The notes under the pieces are model-generated. The model was not told the origin of the DNA, did no database searches, and saw nothing but the letters and a program-made list of their open reading frames with translations. From NCBI GenBank assembly GCA_907165135.1, contig OU015569.1, forward strand, positions 12,834,001 through 12,898,000: DNA of 64,000 nt, in the 5' to 3' direction. The position numbers were made by a program, and so were the translations under genes. Position 1 is the first letter of the stretch. Each line of letters starts with the position of its first letter. Of this stretch, positions 44,135 to 54,580 are shown in pieces. Source of the stretch: Oikopleura dioica (lineage: Eukaryota; Animalia; Chordata).

Positions 44135-47100
44135 TTAAGTTCAGTCAGACCCCATTCCAACTTGACCCGAGAAGAAGATTACCTCTCTCGGTTCAGTTTA
44201 GTTGGATCATCGGCCGAACTGACCCGAGGAGAAGGTCAACTACATCGGTTCAGCTCAGTCGGACCCCATGCAAACTTGACCCGAGGAGAAGGTCACCTCT
44301 CTCGGTTTAGTTCAGTCGGACCCCGGCAAAACTGACCCGAGGAGAAGGTCATCTCTCTCGGCTTAGTTCTGTTGGACCATCGGCAAAAACTGACCCAAGG
44401 AGAAGGTCACCTCTCTCGGTCCAGTTAAGTCGGACGTCCGGCCAACTTGACCCGAGAAGAAGGTCACCTCTCTCTGTTAAGTTCAGTCGGACCCCCGGCC
44501 AAAGGGACCCGAGGAGAAGGTCGCCTTTCTCTGTTCACTTCAGTCAGACCTCCGTCTAAACTGATCCGAGGAGAAGGTCACCTCTCTCGGTTTAGTTCAG
44601 TCGGACCCCGGCCAAATTGACCCGAGGAGAACGTCACCTCTCTCGGCTCAGTTCAGTTTGACCATCGGCCAAATCTGACCCGAGGAGAAGGTCACCTCAC
44701 TCGGTCCAGTTTAGTCGGAACCCCGCCATACTGACCCGAGGAGAAGGTCACTTCTAAAGGTTCAGTATCGGACCCCGGCAAAACTGACAAAAGGAGAAGG
44801 TCATCTCTCTCGGTTCAATTAGTCGGGCCCACGCCAAATTGACTCGAGGAGAATGTAACCTCTCTCAGTTTAGTTCAGTCGGACCCTGGCAAAACTTATA
44901 AGAGAGAGGTCAACTCTCTCGGTCCAGTTAAGTCGGACAACCGGCCAACTTGACCCGAGAAGAAGGTCATCTCTCTCGGTTCCGTTCAGTCTTATGCCCG
45001 GCCAAACTGACCCGAGGAGAAGGTTACCTCTCTCGGCTTAGTTCTGTTGGACCATCGGCAAAATCTGACCCAAGGAGAAGGTCACCTCTCTCGGTCCAGT
45101 TAAGTCGGACAACCGGCCAACTTGACCCGAGAAGAAGGTCATCTCTCTCGGTTCCGTTCAGTCTTATGCCCGGCCAAACTGAGCCGAGGGGAAGGTCACC
45201 TCTCTCGGCTTAGTTCTGTTGGACCATCGGCAAAATCTGACCCAAGGAGAAGGTCACCTCTCTGGGTCCTGTTAAGTCGGACAACCGGCCAACTTGACCC
45301 GAGAAGGAGATCATCTCTCTCGGTTTCGTTAAGTTGGACCCCCGTCATTCTGACCCGAGGAGAAGGTCACCTCTCTCGGTTTGGTTCAGTCTAAACCCCG
45401 GCCGAACTGACCCGAGGAGAAGGTTAACTACATCGGTACAGCTCAGTCGGACCCCATGCAAACTTGACCCGAAGATAAGGTGATCCCTCTCGGCTTTGTT
45501 CTGTTGGACCATCGGCAAAAACTGACTCAAGGAGAAGGTCACCTCTCTCGGTTCAGTTAAGTCGGACCCCCGCCACAATTTACCCGAACAGGTCAGCTCG
45601 CTCGGTTCAGTCAAGTCGGAACCCCAACAAATTCACCCGAGGAGAAGGTCACCTCTCTCAATTAAGTTCAGTCCGACCCCGGCTATACCGACCCGAGGAA
45701 AAATTACCTTTCTCGGTTTAGTTCAGTCGAACCTCCGCCAAAACCGACCCGAGGAGAACGTCACCCTTCTGGGTTCAGATCCGTCGGACCCCAAGGAAAA
45801 CTTACCCGAGGAGAAGGTCATCTCTCTCTGTTCTTAGTTCTGTTGGACCATCGGCAAAACTGACCCAAGAAGACGGTCAACTCTCTCGGTCCAGTTAAGT
45901 CGGACAACGGGTTATTTTGACCCAAGAAGAAGGTCAACTCTCTCGGTTCCGTTCATGTGGACTTCCGCCATAACGGCCCGAGAAGAAGGTCACCTCTCTC
46001 GGTTCAGTTCAGTCTTATGCCCGGCCGAACTGTACCGATGTAGTTGACCTTCTCCTCGGGTCAGTTCGGCCGATGATCCAACTTAACTGAACCGAGAGAG
46101 GTAATCTTCTTCTCGGGTCAAGTTGGCATGGGGTCTGACTGAACTTAACCGATAGAGGTGGCCTTCTCCTCGGGTCAGTTTAGCCGATGGTCCAACTTTA
46201 CTGAACCGAGAGAGACGACCTTTTCCTCGGGTCAGCTGGCCGGGATTTAGACTGAACCAAACCGAGAGAGGTGACCTTTTCCTCGGGTCAGAATGACGGG
46301 GGTCCAACTAAACGAAACCGAGAGAGATGATCTCCTTCTCGGGTCAAGCTGGCCGGTTGTCCTAACCCAAAATTTCCGCCTTCTATCTCATCTCTCTGTT
46401 TTGCTGCCTGTTTCACTACGCCCCAGAAAACATTCTTTTAGTTGTATCTGGACCGCGGAATTTGAAAAAAATCAAACCAGCAACGCCGCTTCAAACCCGC
46501 TAGAAGTCATGCTCAGCCACCTCGAGCGGCCGACCAAGCCAGGGACCCAGAGAGGTGACCTTCTCCTTGGGTCAGATTTTGCCGATGGTCCAACAGAACT
46601 AAGCCGAGAGAGGTGACCTTCGTCTCGGGTCAATTTGGCCGGGCATGAGACTGAACGGAACCGAGAGAGATGACCTTCTTCTCGGGTCAAGTTCTTCTCG
46701 GTATAAGTTTTGCCAGGGTCCGACTGAATTAAACTGAGAGAGGCGACATTCTCCTCGAGTCAATTTGGCGTGGGCCCGACTGAATTGAACCGAGAGAGGT
46801 GACCTTCTCTTTTGTCAGTTTGGCCGGGGTTTTATACTGAACCTTGAGGAGTGACTTTCTCCTCGGGTCAGTATGGCGGGGTTCCGACTAAACTGGACCG
46901 AGTGAGGTGACCTTCTCTTTGGGTCAGATTTTGCCGATGGTCAAAGAGAACTAAGCCGTGAGAGTTGACGTTCTCCCCGGGTCAATTTTGACGGAGTCCG
47001 ACTGAAGTAAACCGAGAGAAGTGAACTTCTCCTCGGATCAGTTTAGACGGAGGTCTGACTGAAGTGAACAGAGAGAGGTGACATTCTTCTCGGGTCAAAT

Positions 47101-47526
47101 TGGCCGGACGTCCGACTTAACTTGACCGAGAGAGGTGACCTTCTCCTTGGGTCAGTTTCTGCCGATGGTACAACAGAACTAAGCCGAGAGATGACCTTCT
47201 CCTCGGGTCAGTTAAGCGGGGGTCCGAGTGAACTGAATAGAAGAGGTTATCTTCTCCTTGGGTCAGTTTGGCCGGATGTCCGACTGAGCTGAACCGAGTG
47301 AGGTGATCTTCTCCTCGGGTCAGTTTGGCCGGGGGTCCGACGTAACTAAAGTTAAGTTAAGTCGGACGTCCGGCCAATTTGACCTGAGAAGAATGTCACC
47401 TCTCTCTGCTAAGTTCAGTCGGACCCCGGCCAAAGGGACCCGAGGAGAAGGTCGCCTTTCTCTATTTACTTCAGTCAGACCCCCGTCATAATTGATACGA
47501 GGAGAAGGTCACCTCTCTCGGTGAAG

Positions 47527-48900
47527 TTCTGAGCCTCTCAAAGCCAACAGAAAAAAAATTTTTTTTTCGATGGTCATCGTTATCATGAATCGCCCAAAAA
47601 CGAGGTCAAAATTTTGAAATTTCGTTTTTTGCTCTAATTTTATTTGCAGCGTTTCTGCCGTCTTCCGAGCGTCATTTTGGTTGATTCTGAGCTTCTCAAA
47701 TCCAACAGAAAAAAAAATTCAAAAAAAAATTTTTTTTTTCGATGGTCATCGTTATCATGAATCGCCCAAAAACGAGGTCAAAATTTTGAAATTTCGTTTT
47801 TTGCCCTTGTTTTATTTGCAGCGTTTCTGCCGTCATCCGAGCTTTATTCTGGTTGATTCTGAGCCTCTCGAACCCAACAGAAAATAAATTCAAAAAAAAA
47901 TTTTTTTTCGATGGTCATCGTTATCATGAATCGCCCAAAAACGAGGTCAAAATTTTGAAATTTCGTTTTTAGCCCTTATTTTATTTGCAGCGTTTCTGCC
48001 GTCATCCGAGCGTCATTTTGGTTGATTCTGAGCCTCTCAAGCCCAACAGAAAAAACTAAAAAATTTTTTCGATGGTCATCGTTATCATGAATCGCCCAAA
48101 AACGAGGTCAAAATTTTGAAAGTTCGTTTTTGCCCTAATTTTATTTGCAGCGTTTCTGCCGTCATCCGAGCGTCATTTTGGTTGATTCTGAGCTTCTCAA
48201 ACCCAACAGAAAAAAAAATTCAAAACAAAAATTTTTTTTCGATGGTCATCGTTATCATGAATCGCCCAAAAACGAGGTCAAAATTTTGAAAATTCGTTTT
48301 TTGCCTTAATTTTATTTGCAGCGTTTCTGCCGTCTTCCGAGCGTCATTTTGGTTGACTTTGAGCCTCATAAACCCAACAGAAAAAATTCAAAAAATTTTT
48401 TTCGATGGTCATCGTTATCATGAATCGCCCAAATACGAGGTCAAAATTTTGAAATTTCGTTTTTTGCCCTTATTTTTTGCAGCGTTTCTGCCGTCTTCCG
48501 AGCGTCATTTTGGTTGACTCTGAGCCTCATAAACCCAACAGAAAAAAATTCAAAAAATTTTTTTCGATGGTCATCGTTATCATGAATCGCCCAAAAACGA
48601 GGTCAAAATTTTGAAATTTCGTTTTTGCCCTAATTTTATTTGCAGCGTTTCTGCCGTCTTCCGAGCGTCATTTTGGTTGATTCTGAGCCTCTCAAACCCA
48701 ACAGAAAAAAATTCAAAAAAATTTTTTTCGATGGTCATCGTTATCATGAATCGCCCAAAAACGAGGTCAAAATTTTGAAATTTCGTTTTTGCCCTTATTT
48801 TATTCGCAGCGTTTCTGCCGTCTTCCGAGCGTCATTTTGGTTGATTCTGAGCCTCTCAAACCCAACAGAAAAAATTCAAAAAAATTTTTTCGATGGTCAT
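47527..48900 (+). repeat. ~165-bp AT-rich satellite, ~8 copies (left of retrotransposon)
   Basis: CGATGGTCATCGTTATCATGAATCGCCCAAAAACGAGG recurs every 161-172 bp; length variation lies in A/T tracts. Confidence 0.95.
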
Positions 48901-49921
48901 TGATGCCGCTCTATAAATCTCTAAGCTAGCTAACTTGCAAGGGAGACACTAAAATTCGGAAATCGGCGCTTTTGTATTTGGTTAGATAGAGAGTGATTTT
49001 CAAATTTCAGAAATTTCAAATTTCTTTTCGCGCAGCTGCGTTTCTTTCCAAATAAGGCGCAGCGCTTTTCGCGCTATTGTTTTTCTTTCCAAATATGGCG
49101 CAGCGCTTTCGCGCATTTGTGTCTTCGTTGTTTTCAATTTTCCAAGCAGCCGATTCCGAGCAAGAATTTTCTTATCAAAGGTCAACTTCCCACGATGTGG
49201 CCATATCACTTTGATAAGAATCGTTATCAGTCCATTATCCGAAGTCGTAGTCAGTCCAAGCAGTTGTCATCGTCGTTGTAGAAGAAGTTGTCGTTTTTGC
49301 AGAAAGCTGCGGTTTTGTCGTAAATTCAGGAGATAGCCAATCATCCTGAAATCGAGCCAAAAAGGTGTTTCAAACAATAACGCCTACCAGGAGCAGTTAC
49401 TGACAGCGCCATCCCGCGGGGCACGGGGACACACTGTCAAGCCGCAAATGCGGAACTCGGCTGGGGATGAGAGAACATACAACTTGTTCTAATTAAAATT
49501 ACTGAAGCAGTCCGTCGTTTTAATCGTTTTTGGATCGTCAGCGTCGTCGAGAAGAATCAAGGAAGAGAATCGTTTTTTAAGAAGAAAATAAATGTTGTTA
49601 CTGTAACTAGAAAAGATGTTTAGTAGTAGATGATAAGAGTATGATTATAATTGAGTCCTAAAAGCGTGAATATTAACGCCCGAAGACGGTTGGCTAATGT
49701 GCCTTTAAATGATGTGAAATAGCGCGTACGCTACAAGAAGAAGGGATTATGATGTACTCATGCAAGCATTCCACAGAATTGGCTCAAGATTCCGTGTTTA
49801 ACAGTCCGTTTGTGACAATTACAAAAATCTATCCGAGTTAGCGAAGCTGGCCGTGAATTAAATGAATTCGATTTTATTATATTTTTTTTATCTTTTGATG
49901 TTCTTCCGTTAACTGGTATTA
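48901..49921 (-). repeat. 3' LTR
   Basis: Direct repeat of 55698-56718; three substitutions noticed by eye (48983, 49771, 49890). Confidence 0.95.
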
Positions 49922-49960
49922 GTATGGCCCTACTAGGGCATCTTTTATTTTGAGCATCTT

Positions 49961-52900
49961 TTAGGAAGAACTCTCGAATTCGACTGGTTTAAAAATAAGC
50001 TCGTTTTGTTTTCGAGGATGATTTGGAAATTTTAAGGCAAATTTTACATCAATAAATTGTATCATTTCAGTTTTTGACATAACAGGAAGAATACTTTTTT
50101 CAGATAAATTATACTGTGCAATAAGCGCTTTGAGCTCGGGTCTGAGTAATTCGGAGAGAGCTTTTTCCTCCTTCAAATTTAATATTGAAAAAAATAAAAA
50201 CTCTCCTGAAGTACTCTTTCGCCAACTCGGATGATTTGACCTTATGAACTCTCTGATTTTTATTTTTAATTCTCCTACTTTTTCGTTTTCACTAAATCCG
50301 ACTCCGAATTTATAAAGAATAAACATTAAAGTCTCCTTTGAAAGTTCACCCAACTTCAAGATACAGCCTTTTTCAATTGCCATATCCGCATTAATTTCCT
50401 CATACTCTCTGTTTAATTTTTCAAAAAAATTCTCATGCTCATTTTCGAATTTAATATCTATTGATGATTCAAACTCTAAATTGTCTCTAAGATTCTGTTT
50501 TTTTGAATCCGGAACCGAATCCTTAGAAGCCTCACGTGTTCTTTTATGGCTGCCTACTTTATTCTCCGCCGGTTTTTTAAGTTTTGAAAGGGGATCTATT
50601 AAGGATTCGCGCTCGTTCTTGGGACTCTGGGTCAGGTTAAGCTTGTCATATGAAGTCAAATGGGGATCGTTTTCGACAGTGTCAGTTTCGGAATCCATTG
50701 TAATTTCCCATAGTTCTGAATTTAATTCAAACTCCGATTCTGGATCTGTCGAAAAATCTAATTTCCTCGCGGTTTTATTTCTATTTTTATTTTCAATTTC
50801 CGGGTTAGTAACTTCAATGTCCGATAAAACACTTATTCCATTTTCATTCTCAATAACTGAAATAACAGAGCTCTCCTCATCTGAAGACAGATTATCATCT
50901 TCTAATATTTCTTGAGCATATTCAAAAAATAGTGCATCTATAAGCTTATCAGAAAAAATGGTCGCGATTTTATCAAGGGCCTCTTCAAACTTATTTTCGG
51001 TTTGAGTTGACGTTTTTCTAGAAGCGAGCATCGAAAAAGAATTTAAAGAATAATATGTTTGAGAGGGAGCAGAAGATTCAAGCGGTTCTACATGCACAAT
51101 TTCCGAGGAGCCTGTGGCGGGGAAACTCTTAGAATTAACTGGCTCTGGCCGTGAATTAAATATTTTAATATCGTCCGCGTGACGCCTAAAAACCTGATTG
51201 CCAGATTTAACAGTATACCATGTGCCCTCTTTTGAGACAGAAATAATTTCAAAAGGACCGATAAATGCTGGCTTTTTCTGGCCAAAATTCTTTAACACAA
51301 CTTTATCGCCGATTTTATAGGGGACAAATTTAGGATTAGAAAATTTATCAACTCGCGATTGCTTTTCCTCGTCTATTCGATTTTTTATTAAATCAAAATC
51401 TATGTCTATTCTTTTATTGTAATCTCGAAAATTTGGGTCAAAAATATTATGAGGATTTTTAAAACCAGTTTGAACTGTAAACGGGGATAATCCTGTCACC
51501 GAATGAGGGGCCGTATTTATGTCATGGAGAACTTCCTGTAAATAAGAATCCCAATTTACGTTATTACATCTAGCTCTTAGTCTGCTCTTTAGGGTACGAT
51601 TAAAATTCTCGCATTGCCCGTTACTCTGAGGATGTCTTGGTGGGGTAAAATGTGGCTCAATTTTATTTTCGACCATAAATTTTTCTAGTTCAGAATGCTC
51701 ACGGGCATTGTCCAAAACAACGTACTTTGGAAAAAATGGGTTCCTAAAGATTACACTTTTAAATTTCTCTAAGAGATAATTTGAGTTTCTTGATTTTAGA
51801 GCTTCACAATACCCGAATTTGGAGAAAAAATCCACCATGACCATTACATATTTATTGCCAAAATCAGTCGGGGGAAGAGTGATTAAATCGAATCCGAAAA
51901 CCTGGAAGGGTCCAGTCGGGGTTTTAAATGTAAGCGTAGGAGCTCTATTTGGATGAAAATTTGGTTTGTCTAGTTGACAATACGTACATGTACGGATATA
52001 ATTTCTTATTGAGATTTTCATTTTTGGCCAAATATATTTGTCCGCAATTTTTAAAAATGTTTGGTCGATTCCTGCGTGACAGTAATTGTGGTAGTTTGTA
52101 ATTATTTCATCTTCAAAATCCTTTGGCACGCACACGCGCTCGCTGCTGTTTTCACCTCTACAAATTATTAACCCAGATTTGGCAATAAAAAGCCTATCTC
52201 GTAAAACCAAGTAAAATGCAACATCGCCTTTTGGGTTCAAAGGCCAACGGTCAATCAACAAAAATTTCCTTATCTCAGATAAAATTGGATCAAGTTTTTG
52301 CATCTCGAGAAATCTATTCTGATCGAATTTTATAGTATTTATCGAAAGAGTTGAATTATCGTTATTAGAATTCCTACTTAGATAGTCACTAACTTTCATT
52401 TTATCAGACGATTTTTGAATCACGCGAAAGGAGAACGCCTGAATATCAGTTATCCAGCGCGCTAATTTTTGATTATATGTTCTTAACGTTTTAATGAATT
52501 TAATGTTATTATTATCTGTTATCCAATCAAATTGTCTAAATGCTAGAAAAACCGACCATTTCTCCATACAAATTTTTGCTGACAGCAGTTCTTTCTCGAT
52601 AATAGTGTAATTAATTTGAGTTAAATTAAAATTGCCGCTAGCGTAAGAGACCGGTAATAAACAGTCCGCTGAGTGATGATGCGATTCGCTTGAGTTTTTC
52701 TCTTCGCAGACGTATAAAACACCGCCATAACCGTTATTAGATGCGTCTGATTCTAGCACAAAAAAAGCGTTTTCAGAAGGGGCAATCTTAAGTCGCAATG
52801 AATTGTCGCAAATCAATTTTTTAAGGGTTTTGAGGGCATCCGACGCTTCACTTGTCCAAGCAAAGGAGTTCCTGTAAGATTTTGTGATAGGTAATGCAAT

Positions 52901-54580
52901 AGCGGAAAAATTTTTTATAAATCTTCGGTGAAAATTTAATAATCCAAAAAGACTCTGGGCTTGCTCTTTTGATTTTGGAATCTCTAATTTTTGAATAGCC
53001 AAAACTTTTTCTTTCGAGGGAAAAACATTGCCATTACTGATCCTATATCCACAAAAATTGATCATTCTTTGAAAAAATACGGCTTTTCGACAATTTATCC
53101 TCAGATTATTCGCGCTCAAAATTGTAAAAAACTTTCGAAGACATAGAAGATGTTCTTCCTCCGTAATGCTGTGACAAAGAACATCATCCATGTTAGCGAG
53201 AATTTCCGTTTTCTGGGTATTTTCAAGGACCTTATCCATTATTCGCATAAAATGCGATGGGCTGTTGCGCGCGCCCATCGGCATTCTCTTAAACCTAAAT
53301 TGCCCAAATTCATTACTAAACGCGGTTTTATCTTTTGATTCTTCGTCTAGCTCTATCTGAAAAAATCCCTTTATAAGGTCGCATGAACTAAAAACTCTAC
53401 TTTTCTCAAGATATGATAAACTGTCTTCGAGATGTGGAAGCGGATGGTGCTGCTGCAATGTTACGTTATTTAATTGCCGAAAATCTATAACCAGTCTAAA
53501 ACTACCGTCTTTTTTCCTAACAAGCAAGCACGGAGAATTCCATGGGCTTGTGCAGCGTTCTATTATATCGCGCTTTGTTAAATGAGATAGATTTTTCCAC
53601 ATCTCAGATCGAAGACTAAAGGGCGTTCTATAAGGAGGCACTGCGATCGGAATTTTCGAATCTGTCTCAATTTTAAATTTTTCAAGAGTACATGCTGGTA
53701 AGGGGTCCTCACTATCCAGAAAAAGATAACAGAATTCGTCCGCCATGTCCCAGAATTCTTCTTTTACTTTGGGCGAATGGATCGTACCAACGTCAAGATT
53801 TTTAAGATTTTTATTCTCAACTTTACTAACTCTTGCAATCTCAGCAATCTCAAAAAGTTTAACGAAGGTAGTTCCTGAAGGAATTCGAATACTACTATCA
53901 GTTGGATTTACTACAAGGCATCTGAAAATCGGGGATTGATTATCAACAACTTGAAAACTCGGAATTAATTGTAATTTTGAATCGCCTAAATTTGATTTTT
54001 CGAAGAAAAGATTTTTCGTTGATGATAATCCCTGAACGTGCAGATCGATTAAAACTTCAGATTTTGCTTTAAATGTAAAAGTTTCTTTGGTAAAGGCCTC
54101 GAAAAACTCTTCAGAATCAGAAGCGATAATATTTTTAGACGGTGCTATTGACGAATTAATCTTTAACTCATTTAACTTTGCGAATCTCTCAATAGGCCCG
54201 GCTTGAATAAGACGCTTTCTTTTTAGGTTTATTAAAATTTCATTATCTTCTAGAGCTGGGGTGCCTAGAATGGGGCAAAAATCATTTGAAACGACGTAAA
54301 AAATTGTTTTTATGGGTATAACGCCGCCAATTATTGCGCTGGCTTCAACCTTACCGATAATATCAATCTTGCCACCAGAATAATTGACCACGTTAATTTT
54401 TGTTTTTTGAATTTTTATTGTTTTTGGGATATTTTTTTGTGAAATTATGGAAATTTGTGCGCCTGTGTCTACAAGGAAACGAACAGAATTATCAAAAATA
54501 TTTACATCAGCATAAAATTGCTGTCCTATTTTATTGATTGAAATTTGAGGAACCCAGATTTGGCTAGAATCGGGCCCGTT
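49961..54580 (-). CDS. pol: Pol polyprotein (protease, RT, RNase H, integrase, long C-terminal tail); frame is open upstream of the tracked ORF, to 54580
   Basis: FLVDTGAQIS (PR, ~54465); WNSPCLLVRKKDGSFRLVIDFRQLN, MPMGARNSP, ANMDD (RT); LESDASNNGYG, YTIIEKELL (RH); HHCC, FGFDL, VVLDN, HPQSNGQCENFNRTLK, GPF (IN). Confidence 0.95.
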   Translation of the reverse strand, partial: NGPDSSQIWVPQISINKIGQQFYADVNIFDNSVRFLVDTGAQISIISQKNIPKTIKIQKTKINVVNYSGGKIDIIGKVEASAIIGGVIPIKTIFYVVSNDFCPILGTPALEDNEILINLKRKRLIQAGPIERFAKLNELKINSSIAPSKNIIASDSEEFFEAFTKETFTFKAKSEVLIDLHVQGLSSTKNLFFEKSNLGDSKLQLIPSFQVVDNQSPIFRCLVVNPTDSSIRIPSGTTFVKLFEIAEIARVSKVENKNLKNLDVGTIHSPKVKEEFWDMADEFCYLFLDSEDPLPACTLEKFKIETDSKIPIAVPPYRTPFSLRSEMWKNLSHLTKRDIIERCTSPWNSPCLLVRKKDGSFRLVIDFRQLNNVTLQQHHPLPHLEDSLSYLEKSRVFSSCDLIKGFFQIELDEESKDKTAFSNEFGQFRFKRMPMGARNSPSHFMRIMDKVLENTQKTEILANMDDVLCHSITEEEHLLCLRKFFTILSANNLRINCRKAVFFQRMINFCGYRISNGNVFPSKEKVLAIQKLEIPKSKEQAQSLFGLLNFHRRFIKNFSAIALPITKSYRNSFAWTSEASDALKTLKKLICDNSLRLKIAPSENAFFVLESDASNNGYGGVLYVCEEKNSSESHHHSADCLLPVSYASGNFNLTQINYTIIEKELLSAKICMEKWSVFLAFRQFDWITDNNNIKFIKTLRTYNQKLARWITDIQAFSFRVIQKSSDKMKVSDYLSRNSNNDNSTLSINTIKFDQNRFLEMQKLDPILSEIRKFLLIDRWPLNPKGDVAFYLVLRDRLFIAKSGLIICRGENSSERVCVPKDFEDEIITNYHNYCHAGIDQTFLKIADKYIWPKMKISIRNYIRTCTYCQLDKPNFHPNRAPTLTFKTPTGPFQVFGFDLITLPPTDFGNKYVMVMVDFFSKFGYCEALKSRNSNYLLEKFKSVIFRNPFFPKYVVLDNAREHSELEKFMVENKIEPHFTPPRHPQSNGQCENFNRTLKSRLRARCNNVNWDSYLQEVLHDINTAPHSVTGLSPFTVQTGFKNPHNIFDPNFRDYNKRIDIDFDLIKNRIDEEKQSRVDKFSNPKFVPYKIGDKVVLKNFGQKKPAFIGPFEIISVSKEGTWYTVKSGNQVFRRHADDIKIFNSRPEPVNSKSFPATGSSEIVHVEPLESSAPSQTYYSLNSFSMLASRKTSTQTENKFEEALDKIATIFSDKLIDALFFEYAQEILEDDNLSSDEESSVISVIENENGISVLSDIEVTNPEIENKNRNKTARKLDFSTDPESEFELNSELWEITMDSETDTVENDPHLTSYDKLNLTQSPKNERESLIDPLSKLKKPAENKVGSHKRTREASKDSVPDSKKQNLRDNLEFESSIDIKFENEHENFFEKLNREYEEINADMAIEKGCILKLGELSKETLMFILYKFGVGFSENEKVGELKIKIREFIRSNHPSWRKSTSGEFLFFSILNLKEEKALSELLRPELKALIAQYNLSEKSILPVMSKTEMIQFIDVKFALKFPNHPRKQNELIFKPVEFESSS

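Larger units (their letters stand above)
41545..47520. repeat. ~56-bp GC-rich satellite in blocks of alternating orientation
   Basis: Consensus TGACCCGAGGAGAAGGTCACCTCTCTCGGTTCAGTTCAGTCGGACCCCGGCCAAAC; orientation switches near 42510, 46020 and 47345; 172-bp (3-mer) duplication at 44940-45280. Confidence 0.95.

Noticed and set aside
41840-47491. Short ORFs such as MTREEGHL... in the 56-bp satellite
   Set aside because: They are translations of tandem repeats, recurring in several frames and on both strands.
49000-49209. 69-aa ORF duplicated at 55797-56006 as a possible accessory or env gene
   Set aside because: It lies within the LTRs, starts at a non-ATG codon, and has no signal peptide or TM segment.
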